This document shows, one piece after another, positions 28,057 through 36,511 of a stretch of DNA of 64,000 nucleotides. Below the pieces are notes generated by a model. It saw nothing but the letters and a program-made list of their open reading frames with translations, had not been told where the DNA came from and made no database searches. The position numbers were made by a program, and so were the translations under genes. Origin of the DNA: a virus. Location of the stretch: IMG/VR virus record IMGVR_UViG_3300020474_000993; one strand, given 5' to 3'. Within the stretch, counting starts at the first letter, position 1. Every line of letters starts with the position of its first letter.

Positions 28057-28089
28057 AGTCCTACTAATTTTTAATCATGAGGAAATATT

Positions 28090-28593
28090 ATGACCGAAGA
28101 ACTTGCAAAATATCGCAACCCCCGATGGATAGATAAAGAAAATCGCTCGCTGTTCTGCGAGATTTTGGTTGGCCAAAGTTACCGACCATCTCAAATAAAT
28201 GTAGGTAATATCAAAGAAGGTCTTGTAAATAAAGACTACGATGCTATCATGGAGATTTTCACCGAAGAAGAAATCGATGAACTCACCGAGGCGCACAAAG
28301 ATGTTGTCTTAGAACAAGAAGAAAAAGACGCAGAACAACGCGAAGTTCATAAAAATAGAATAATGCAAGAAGCATTGTTCAATATGAAACTAGAAGCCTT
28401 TGAGATTGAAGCAATCAAAAATTCACAAAACAAAGAAATCAAAAAGTTAATTCGTAAGGCAAAGACTCAATTAGAAGTACAGGCATGGGTTACTATATTA
28501 ATTCAACAAGAAGCATTGTACACCTCTCCAAATATGTTTAAACCAGATGGTACACATCCAGAGCTTGCTCCAGACATACCAACGGAACCGTAA
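28090..28593 (+). CDS. Hypothetical protein, possible fibre-assembly chaperone
   Basis: YRNPRWIDKENRSLFCEI resembles N-termini of Tfa-like chaperones; directly follows a fibre gene. Confidence 0.45.
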   Translation: MTEELAKYRNPRWIDKENRSLFCEILVGQSYRPSQINVGNIKEGLVNKDYDAIMEIFTEEEIDELTEAHKDVVLEQEEKDAEQREVHKNRIMQEALFNMKLEAFEIEAIKNSQNKEIKKLIRKAKTQLEVQAWVTILIQQEALYTSPNMFKPDGTHPELAPDIPTEP

Positions 28594-29300
28594 TGAACGG
28601 ATATCTTTATGTAGCTTCTCGTGATGAAAGATACTTAAAAGCCGCATGTCAATCCGCTGAGTCATTATTAGAATTCCACCCCAAAGCAAAGATAACTCTA
28701 TTCACAGAGGATAGATGGGAAGGGACATACGACAAGACTTTGTTCGACAATGTGTTCTCCTGTGATGACCATGTGAGGGCAAAACTATGGGCGCTGGATA
28801 AAACACCATATGATAAAACGATGTATATCGATTGTGACACATACATTCAACATGAAGATATAAAAAGAGTCTTTACTTTCTTAGAAGATAATGATATAAT
28901 ATTTACTAGAAACAGACCATATAACGCGAAGATAACAAAACTAAACGATACGGAAGAAATGATATATCATTGTGGTATCTTTGTTTATAAGAACAATGAT
29001 ATAATGAGAGCGCTAATGTCTAATTGGTTTACTCAATACTGCGAACAAATTAAACCCGATTATGACCCATCCCCATATCCAGACGAAGTTTGTAAGTGGG
29101 ATACATTCAGCATGTGGTATCTTTTAAATAAAACACCTTTTGCCAATACTGTCCAAGTAGGTGATTTTCCATGGCCAGATGCTAGATGGAACTTTTGTAT
29201 GGGACAAAGACCAGAAGAATTGGCGGGAATGGATACTGTTATAACACACTATACTTTAGATAGGGTATACAAAGAAAATGAGTCTTTTCAGTTAAGATGA
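28593..29300 (+). CDS. GT-A (GT8-like) glycosyltransferase
   Basis: ITLFT, RAKLWAL..TPYDKTMYIDCD (DxD), HCGIFVY, ARWN, ITHY. Confidence 0.8.
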   Translation: MNGYLYVASRDERYLKAACQSAESLLEFHPKAKITLFTEDRWEGTYDKTLFDNVFSCDDHVRAKLWALDKTPYDKTMYIDCDTYIQHEDIKRVFTFLEDNDIIFTRNRPYNAKITKLNDTEEMIYHCGIFVYKNNDIMRALMSNWFTQYCEQIKPDYDPSPYPDEVCKWDTFSMWYLLNKTPFANTVQVGDFPWPDARWNFCMGQRPEELAGMDTVITHYTLDRVYKENESFQLR

Positions 29301-29920
29301 AAACAATAGAAAAAATAAACCCAGAACTATTAGACATCTTAGATGATTGGATGGACTTCTTCAATGACCATAATAAAGAACCTTTACCTATGGACGAAAG
29401 GAGATTTGGTAACAGGGATATGGATTACTATTGTTCAGAGGAGTATCTTAGGGAAGTACAATCAAAGGGTGATGACCACAAAGGCCCACCAGAGTATGCT
29501 AAGGTATGTGATTTTCATCTGACTCATAAAGTACCCAAGGAGATTAGACAGAAGTCTTTAGAAGTTTGTAGGGATTTATCCGCGTGGTTGTGTGCAAAGT
29601 TTAACGCGGTACATGTTTACTATCCTGCTGGTGGTTTTATGTCATGGCATAATAACTGGGATTGTCCCGGCTATAATATTTTAATGTCTCATAGTGATGG
29701 TGTTGGTTTCTTTAAACATGTCGAGGATGGGGAAGTTGTAACTATCAATGACCCAGTAGGATGGAATGTTAAAATAGGATATTATGGGGGTAAAGATGAA
29801 GACCCATATTGGCATACTGCTGGTAGTAGAGGCCCGCGTCAAACATTTGGATTTGTAATTCCAGATAAAGATTTATGGGAATCTATGGTAGAGGATATCT
29901 CTACAATAAATGTAGTTTAA
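29297..29920 (+). CDS. 2OG-Fe(II) oxygenase-like / cupin protein
   Basis: YYPAGGFMSWHNN, distal WH and R.TFGF of a double-stranded beta-helix. Confidence 0.65.
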   Translation: MKTIEKINPELLDILDDWMDFFNDHNKEPLPMDERRFGNRDMDYYCSEEYLREVQSKGDDHKGPPEYAKVCDFHLTHKVPKEIRQKSLEVCRDLSAWLCAKFNAVHVYYPAGGFMSWHNNWDCPGYNILMSHSDGVGFFKHVEDGEVVTINDPVGWNVKIGYYGGKDEDPYWHTAGSRGPRQTFGFVIPDKDLWESMVEDISTINVV

Positions 29921-30600
29921 AAGAATCCTTCTCTCTGACCAATAACCATATATCTATCAAACTCTTTCTTACCATCCCAAGAATAATATATTTGTTGTTT
30001 GGTTCCTTCATATCCACACTCTTCTATTCCTATCTGTTCTTTTAGTGCCTCTATTGAGTTCACACAATTAATACCATACATTTCCTCAACTACATTTGAG
30101 TTCTGCATCGCGTACACAGCATTGGGGTTCTTGCCTACTAGTTCTGTTAGGGGATACATTTGTTCGGTGTGAATACAGATTACTACATCAACATCAATCT
30201 TGTTTAGATTCTCAAACTCAAATGGTATATCCAGATTCCAATGACGAATGTTTACAAACTTCTCTTGGGCATAATATTTGTGAAATGATTTAGAAAGATT
30301 GATACTCTCTTCATCCATGTCCACTAAATGAATCTGAGAGACATCTAAGTTTTCACACAAAAGTGGAACCATAGGAAGACCCAACCAAGAATTAAGAATT
30401 AATATTCTAAGATTTCCTTGTTTAGTATAATATTCTTCCAAATATTCTTTTAGTTCTTCAACCAACCAGATTGAAGCATCCATATTATTTTCTTGTAGAG
30501 ACTGCCTAAAGTCTACAAGTTTATGAGGCATTTTGTTTTCTATAACATGTAACGCCTCACCCCAGTATTTAAAGTTATTTAAAAAATTAAAATTTAACAT
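29917..30600 (-). CDS. Class I SAM-methyltransferase-like protein (degenerate motif I)
   Basis: ILILNSWLG, acidic VDMD at end of beta2, DVVICIHTEQM, RYMVIG; start moved to ATG 30600. Confidence 0.6.
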   Translation of the reverse strand: MLNFNFLNNFKYWGEALHVIENKMPHKLVDFRQSLQENNMDASIWLVEELKEYLEEYYTKQGNLRILILNSWLGLPMVPLLCENLDVSQIHLVDMDEESINLSKSFHKYYAQEKFVNIRHWNLDIPFEFENLNKIDVDVVICIHTEQMYPLTELVGKNPNAVYAMQNSNVVEEMYGINCVNSIEALKEQIGIEECGYEGTKQQIYYSWDGKKEFDRYMVIGQREGFF

Positions 30601-31270
30601 CTTCACCTTTTCCCATTGAGTCAAAAATACAAACATAAGGTAGTTCGCGGTATGTGTGTTTATCTATATCGTGTGGGAAGACATAGCCTTGATTAAAACT
30701 ATATACCCAACCTATAGGAAACAATTTGATTTTGGTTATTCTTCTATTATAAAAGAAGTTGTCAAGACCACGATAGTACCATAGTATTTGTTTCTGATAT
30801 TTATTAAAATATTCTGTAATCTCTTCTGTGTTTAAATTATCATTCCATCTCAGAACCGAAGAGTTTAGATCTGTATATTTATGTGGAATGTGTCTAGTGT
30901 TTTTGAATTGAGTTTCTAAATCGTGCCAGTATGTTTTTACGAAACAAAGAGAATCTTCTGGGTCATAGTTTGCGATAGGAGTTATATCTCTCTGAATGAT
31001 AGTATCTATATCAAAGAACATCTTTTCACCTTTCTGAGTGACGATGTTACTATCAAAGAGGTACATCTTGTTCCACCACTTCACCAATTTGTTTCCGCCC
31101 GGCAATGCGAGTGGCGTAATGTTCTTATCTAATCCTTTTGGATTTTCTGTTAGGCAGAAGAAATCAAAATGTCCATCTGGCGGTGCATAAAATTCTTTAC
31201 ACGCCTCGTACACATTATTGACATGTTGGTGGTTGTATTTGTCACCCCATTTTACTGTGTAGATATTCAA
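30587..31270 (-). CDS. GT-A glycosyltransferase (KWGxKY family)
   Basis: VKWGDKY, FFCLTE, WWNKMYLF, FDID, NSSV. Confidence 0.8.
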   Translation of the reverse strand: MNIYTVKWGDKYNHQHVNNVYEACKEFYAPPDGHFDFFCLTENPKGLDKNITPLALPGGNKLVKWWNKMYLFDSNIVTQKGEKMFFDIDTIIQRDITPIANYDPEDSLCFVKTYWHDLETQFKNTRHIPHKYTDLNSSVLRWNDNLNTEEITEYFNKYQKQILWYYRGLDNFFYNRRITKIKLFPIGWVYSFNQGYVFPHDIDKHTYRELPYVCIFDSMGKGEDVKF

Positions 31271-31893
31271 AACTTTTCTCTTTCGTAGACCACATTACCA
31301 GATGCAGTAATTCTTTCACCATCTGAAGTATAAAAAGGATAAACCATATGTGGCAATTTCGCATCAAATAAAATCATTTTACCAACAAACCCTTGGTCAA
31401 CATTTATCGCCAATTCTTCTGGTACACCCATTGGTGAGTTTACCACAAAAGATAACCTTGAGGTCTTTGGGTCTTGTTTTTCTGGGAAGAATTTATCTTC
31501 CTCTTCCAAGTCATACGGAATATTGATAAAAATTACAAATGAAAACAATCCGCCATGATTGTGCATAGGATTGAATTCGTGTTTCTTTTGATAGTTAATC
31601 CATACGCTTTCCAGGCCAATCGGTAATAACGGATGACTAGTGTCTTTGTGTGTCCTCATATACCGTTGTACTTCTTGTCTGTAAAAGTGACTCATAATAT
31701 CTTCTTTAACTTCCCACGGCATATCTTCAATTCTTATTTGTTTTTCCAGATGTCCTGCTAAGTTATAATTGTTTGAAGTTTCGCCTACAAACTTTCTATA
31801 ATAATCCAAGGTATTCATAGATACCTCACCTGTCCAGATACAATTATGTTTTGATATCTGTTCTTCGGCTATAAACCAATTTGGACTTATCAT
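31267..31893 (-). CDS. 2OG-Fe(II) oxygenase (marine phage type)
   Basis: WINYQKKHEFNPMHNH, SFVIFINIP, HMVYPFY, RITASGN; start moved to ATG 31893. Confidence 0.85.
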   Translation of the reverse strand: MISPNWFIAEEQISKHNCIWTGEVSMNTLDYYRKFVGETSNNYNLAGHLEKQIRIEDMPWEVKEDIMSHFYRQEVQRYMRTHKDTSHPLLPIGLESVWINYQKKHEFNPMHNHGGLFSFVIFINIPYDLEEEDKFFPEKQDPKTSRLSFVVNSPMGVPEELAINVDQGFVGKMILFDAKLPHMVYPFYTSDGERITASGNVVYEREKF

Positions 31894-32051
31894 TACCAAT
31901 GTCTTAATACTCCCGATATAATAAAGAAACAAGTAAAAAAGTTTACCAATACAACTACAGTTCTCATTACTGCAACTGCATCTGCCTCTTTTGAATTGTC
32001 CGAGGCTTTTTCACCTAAAGACATTGCCCATAGTTTCCATAATTTTTTCAT
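31893..32051 (-). CDS. Small membrane protein (52 aa)
   Basis: Not in track; MKKLWKLWAMSLGEKASDNSKEADAVAVMRTVVVLVNFFTCFFIISGVLRHW, GGAGG SD, stop overlaps next ATG. Confidence 0.7.
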   Translation of the reverse strand: MKKLWKLWAMSLGEKASDNSKEADAVAVMRTVVVLVNFFTCFFIISGVLRHW

Positions 32052-32053
32052 CT

Positions 32054-32866
32054 TTACCTCCAATGTTCTAATAGTTTGGGGTCTGCAAGTTCGTCCTGTT
32101 TGGTATGTCCTCTACTCTCATCCTCAAACGGTAATAAGTCTACATTAAATACACACAAAATACAATTGGGTCTGTATATACCCACATTCAAATCATCTTC
32201 TTCCCATGAACGACCACGATTATATGAGTATGCCATATGTGATGGGAAGTAATCCCACAGTTTAGCACCATACTCTCCCCACCTCCATGAGTGGTAGTTA
32301 TCGGTTCCGTCCGTATATGTGAACCATATCTTTTCTTGATTTTTTAAAACATCTTCCCATATAGGTTCACATTGGTCATCACTCCACACTTGACAACTTC
32401 CATTCGTGTACGCACCATGTGCTAGTTTAAACTGTCTAGTCTGCATGGGTTTCGGGTCTTGCCACCAAGACCTCATTTTTGTTGGTTGTTCTGTATTGTA
32501 AGTTAGAAGTGGTGTAATATCATTTTGAATGATTACATCCAAATCAAAGAAGATGAAGCGTCCTGTCGGCTTATCTGGGCCAAAATTGTGAGTGTTAAAG
32601 ACAAAAGTTTTAGGCCTGTCCCAGCAACGAGCCATGCCATACTTAAACTCATCAGCGCCGAACCAGTATTTAGGATGGATGGAATCGATGTCTGGAAATG
32701 GGATAACTTTAATATTAGGATCGAGTCCCTTATCGTTATCGGTATAACAGTAGAAATGAAAATCCATTGTCGAAGGTGTATTACGCTTAGACATGTTATA
32801 AAGACGGTTAACAAAGTGCGGGCCATATTTTTCTCCCCATTTACTGCAAACTACATTAACTCGCAT
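32054..32866 (-). CDS. GT-A glycosyltransferase (KWGxKY family)
   Basis: CSKWGEKY, FYCYTD, CWDRPK, FDLDVII, NGS, YSYNRG. Confidence 0.8.
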   Translation of the reverse strand: MRVNVVCSKWGEKYGPHFVNRLYNMSKRNTPSTMDFHFYCYTDNDKGLDPNIKVIPFPDIDSIHPKYWFGADEFKYGMARCWDRPKTFVFNTHNFGPDKPTGRFIFFDLDVIIQNDITPLLTYNTEQPTKMRSWWQDPKPMQTRQFKLAHGAYTNGSCQVWSDDQCEPIWEDVLKNQEKIWFTYTDGTDNYHSWRWGEYGAKLWDYFPSHMAYSYNRGRSWEEDDLNVGIYRPNCILCVFNVDLLPFEDESRGHTKQDELADPKLLEHWR

Positions 32867-35372
32867 GACAATCTCCACAATTTCTAGTACAAACGCTGAG
32901 GGGTTTCCTCTTCAAATGTTGACTTATATTTTCAAAGTCGTGGTTATAAATTATTTCGCCAATGTTAAATTTTGTTGCATCATTATATTTAAAATTATAT
33001 GTATAGTCAATCGGGTGATATGGAAATAGTTTGTGTTCCATAACATCCCTAGCGATGTAAGCACATGGAAAAATGTTGCCTTGTGAATTCACATAAAAGT
33101 ATTCACTTTTCCTCGCGTCACACCACACTGGTTCTTTTTCTTTCATCTTAGGTTTCTTAGTTCGCACTTCCTCTTCTTTCTTAAACCTTTTTAATGTCTC
33201 CAAACTTATTGGAATGTCACTAGCGATACTGTCACTAACCTTAGTTTCATTCTCAGTGGGTTGAGTAGGAAGTACATGTTCAACCCTATCTACAAAAGGT
33301 AGGTCTTTTATATATGCCTTGAATGTCTGTACTGTAATCGTACACCCCAATTTTTCTTTAAAATAACAACAAATTGACTCAATGTGGTCACAATTGGTTG
33401 GGTCAGTAATTTCACATATAAATGTAACCCATTGTAACTTGAAATTTTCAACCACAGTTTTGATAGATTCAAGTGTATGTTCTTTACCATTGACAAAGAT
33501 GTCGTTGAATTCATTCCCAGTATCATTTTGTTTGGTGGATAGTTGTATTAATGCACCTTCTGGATTGCCATCATCATATAATCCTGTGTATAAGTCACTA
33601 TATTGTTCTCCATGCATTTGAAAATACTTGACAAGAGTATCATTATCTTTTACATTACTTTGATTTATAACAGATATAAGTTCTTGTTTAGGCATGATGT
33701 TATACAATCGTTCAAATACTTTCTCATAATCTTCTTTGTAAAATAATTCTTTTAGGTTCTGTAGATAATATTTTTTATAGAGAGATTGCACATCCTCAGT
33801 AGATGCGTCCCAAAATACTCTTTGCATCCCATGTTCTTTAATGTTGTCCATAACATCTTTTTTGATTTGGGGTAGTGTGTTTTTATCCCACAATCTTTTG
33901 TACAACGCGAAACATTGTAGAAAACTTATATTCCAGAAATATCTAACAGGCCCAAGTTCTTTTGCTTCATCAAATGCAGTTAGGTGAGATTTGTATATGT
34001 ATCTTTGTTTATAGAGGTCATATATATCATCTGCATCTTTGTTCCAGTATAGGGACTCATCACCTTGTAGTAGCACAGGGTCATCTGGATAGTCAGCAAG
34101 AAACTTTTTGTGCATCGATATCATATCACCAGAGTCGTATAGTTCCTTGATAATCTTTCTGTGGTGTGGTTCTATTTGTCTTATAAAGATAAGGTCAGAT
34201 ATCTCCCTTTCTAATTCTGGTACATGTACCTTCACTTCAGAAATTGTACCTTTAAAATATTCATCTAATTCTGGGAAATCTTTTATCATTTTTTCTGATA
34301 AAGACTGCAAATCATTTGTTTCAATGAGTTCTTTTATATCTGATATTGTCTCTTTGTCCATATAGTTTTCTTGTAGCATACTATCTGTTAGAGATTCAAA
34401 TCCAATCCATTCTCGTAGTGTTTCAAATTCCTTTGAATATTGTTCCCAATCTTGTTTCAATTGAGGTAAATCTTTAAGAAATTTTTCTTCTAGTGTATCG
34501 TAGTCTTTGGTACGCAGAAGTTGGGATATCTTATTGGTATGTTTGTTTTTATCAAAAAAGTTTTCTGGGAACTTAGGCAACCATAGTTTTTCAAATTCTG
34601 TTTTACCATGCCAGTGTATTAATAAGTTATAGTCTCTCAACTCATGTGGTTTTAGGTTATTTTTATTCCTACCACCAATCGATGCTTCAAAGATACAAAA
34701 CTTTGAATTTTCTCTATACAGGTGTTGCGTGACATCATTGGGATGTTGTCTTCCTCTATTGTAGGAGTAAACCCAATCACTAGGTAGGAACGACCAATAG
34801 TTATCGCCTACTGCTTGATGTTCTCTATATGGGTAGTAGTTGTCGGTTCCTTTCCAAAAGGTTTTAAACACGGTGTCCTTGTGTTTCATTACATCGTTAT
34901 AAATCTTTTCCCCTTGGTCAGTACACCATAACATGACACTAGAGTTATACAATGTGCCACGCATATCTGTAAACCTTCTGTCATTGAGAACTTTTGGATT
35001 TTCCCAATTTGAATAAATCATATGTGGAGTTTTTGATAGTTCAAATATGTCATCGATGTTGTTTTGGATAATGACATCTAAATCCAGATAGCAGAAAGGG
35101 CCTTTAGTTTTTAACCAGTGGTGGGAATTTAAGACAAGAAACTTTGCTCTATCCCAACAATAGTTTTCTTGACCAAACCAGTACCGTGGATGTAGTGGTT
35201 CTACATTCGGGATAGGTCTAGTCTTTATTGATTTCTCTATTCCTTCTGGTTCGTCTGTGTAGCATATAAACTTAAACCGTTTGGAATAGTTTTGCTGAAC
35301 CATTTTGTAGAGATTGTTTACATATTCTGGGGAGTACTTGTTACCCCATTTCATGCAAAGAAAGTGCATCAT
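32856..35372 (-). CDS. GT-A glycosyltransferase fused to helical linker and degenerate radical-SAM/SPASM domain
   Basis: N-terminal CMKWGNKY, CYTD, YLDLDVII, NSSV; C-terminal WC...YVNSQGNIFPC...VCTRNCG. Confidence 0.75.
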   Translation of the reverse strand: MMHFLCMKWGNKYSPEYVNNLYKMVQQNYSKRFKFICYTDEPEGIEKSIKTRPIPNVEPLHPRYWFGQENYCWDRAKFLVLNSHHWLKTKGPFCYLDLDVIIQNNIDDIFELSKTPHMIYSNWENPKVLNDRRFTDMRGTLYNSSVMLWCTDQGEKIYNDVMKHKDTVFKTFWKGTDNYYPYREHQAVGDNYWSFLPSDWVYSYNRGRQHPNDVTQHLYRENSKFCIFEASIGGRNKNNLKPHELRDYNLLIHWHGKTEFEKLWLPKFPENFFDKNKHTNKISQLLRTKDYDTLEEKFLKDLPQLKQDWEQYSKEFETLREWIGFESLTDSMLQENYMDKETISDIKELIETNDLQSLSEKMIKDFPELDEYFKGTISEVKVHVPELEREISDLIFIRQIEPHHRKIIKELYDSGDMISMHKKFLADYPDDPVLLQGDESLYWNKDADDIYDLYKQRYIYKSHLTAFDEAKELGPVRYFWNISFLQCFALYKRLWDKNTLPQIKKDVMDNIKEHGMQRVFWDASTEDVQSLYKKYYLQNLKELFYKEDYEKVFERLYNIMPKQELISVINQSNVKDNDTLVKYFQMHGEQYSDLYTGLYDDGNPEGALIQLSTKQNDTGNEFNDIFVNGKEHTLESIKTVVENFKLQWVTFICEITDPTNCDHIESICCYFKEKLGCTITVQTFKAYIKDLPFVDRVEHVLPTQPTENETKVSDSIASDIPISLETLKRFKKEEEVRTKKPKMKEKEPVWCDARKSEYFYVNSQGNIFPCAYIARDVMEHKLFPYHPIDYTYNFKYNDATKFNIGEIIYNHDFENISQHLKRKPLSVCTRNCGDCHAS

Positions 35373-35994
35373 AATATTTTTTTCTCAAATCGTAATTGAC
35401 TTCATTCTGTCCATTTAATAGAACAACTGGATAATCTGGTTTTATTTGATGAGCTCTCGGTGAGGTATCTGTTTCCATGTCTACCCCAGCAAGAAATGAA
35501 TATATCAACCCCTTGGGGAATGTTCTCTTGAACATTTTTTCATCATATAAAAAGTTATCATCCTTACCTTGATATTTATGCAAGTTGTAGTCCCAGTTTT
35601 TAAAAAAGTTCTCTGTTATATAGGCGGCATTATCACAGTGCCATGCCATAACACTAGAGTTCCACATTCCACCAAAGTCTTTCCAGTAGGTTTCACATAT
35701 AGTAGGTTCATCACAGTATTCAAATAGTGGGCCAAGGTCTCCCTGTACGATTACATCTAAGTCTAAATATAAAGTTGGGCCACCGAAATTACTTTTTAGG
35801 AGTACAATTTTTTCCCAGTTTCCGATACATGTGCTGATGCGTTGGGTTAATATTCCTTGTTCTAGTCCAGAGTTGTCATCTGTGCGACACCAGAAGTTGC
35901 CGCCTCGTAGATAAGGTTTACACATATTATAAATAGTGTTTACATCATTGGAAGAGTATTTGTTTCCGTATTTTAGTGTAACAATAGATCTCAT
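35341..35994 (-). CDS. GT-A glycosyltransferase (KWGxKY family)
   Basis: LKYGNKY, FWCRTD, WEKI, YLDLDVIV, NSSVMAW; start moved to ATG 35994. Confidence 0.8.
   Translation of the reverse strand: MRSIVTLKYGNKYSSNDVNTIYNMCKPYLRGGNFWCRTDDNSGLEQGILTQRISTCIGNWEKIVLLKSNFGGPTLYLDLDVIVQGDLGPLFEYCDEPTICETYWKDFGGMWNSSVMAWHCDNAAYITENFFKNWDYNLHKYQGKDDNFLYDEKMFKRTFPKGLIYSFLAGVDMETDTSPRAHQIKPDYPVVLLNGQNEVNYDLRKKYYDALSLHEMG
35928..35935 (+). promoter_or_regulatory. Late promoter TATAAATA inside the opposite-strand GT gene, probably driving ORF 36016
   Basis: Exact consensus ~80 nt upstream of 36016. Confidence 0.6.
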
Positions 35995-36015
35995 AAATTT
36001 AAAGGTATATATTCC

Positions 36016-36351
36016 ATGGCAAAAAAAGTAATCAAAAATATAACCATAGACCAAGGTTCTACTTTCAGCGATACCATTACTGTTACAACAGATGGTTCAA
36101 CTGTTAAAAACCTTACTGGCTATACAACAACATCACAGTTTAGAAAAAGCTATGACAGTACTACTTATACAAGTTTTACAACCGCTCAAGTGGACGCTAC
36201 TGGAGTTATAACCTTATCTCTTACTGCAACACAAACCACCGCACTCAAGTCTGGTAGGTATGTGTATGATGTAGAGATTGCTAACTCTCCCGAAGTATTG
36301 AGAGTACAGGAAGGTATCATTACGGTATCCCCACAAGTAACAAAATCATAA
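36016..36351 (+). CDS. Small Ig-like virion protein
   Basis: IDQGSTF, LTGY, LSLT..QT..LKSGRYVYDVEI, EG.ITVSP.VT. Confidence 0.7.
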   Translation: MAKKVIKNITIDQGSTFSDTITVTTDGSTVKNLTGYTTTSQFRKSYDSTTYTSFTTAQVDATGVITLSLTATQTTALKSGRYVYDVEIANSPEVLRVQEGIITVSPQVTKS

Positions 36352-36361
36352 GGAAAAGGAA

Positions 36362-36511
36362 GTGAGCAATATTAGAGATTGGCGTGTTAAACAACAAGAC
36401 ATGACTGAGTTAAACGGAGATGGCAATAGAGACAGGGGTAGGTATGGGGAAGATGAACCCAAACAAATCCAAGAAGATAAGCCTGTCTCGGAAGCCAAAA
36501 AGGAAAAATAA
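36362..36511 (+). CDS. Small hydrophilic hypothetical protein (49 aa)
   Basis: Not in track; GTG start after AAGGA, MSNIRDWR...LNGDGNRDRGRYGEDE...KKEK, TAA overlaps next ATG. Confidence 0.55.
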   Translation: MSNIRDWRVKQQDMTELNGDGNRDRGRYGEDEPKQIQEDKPVSEAKKEK

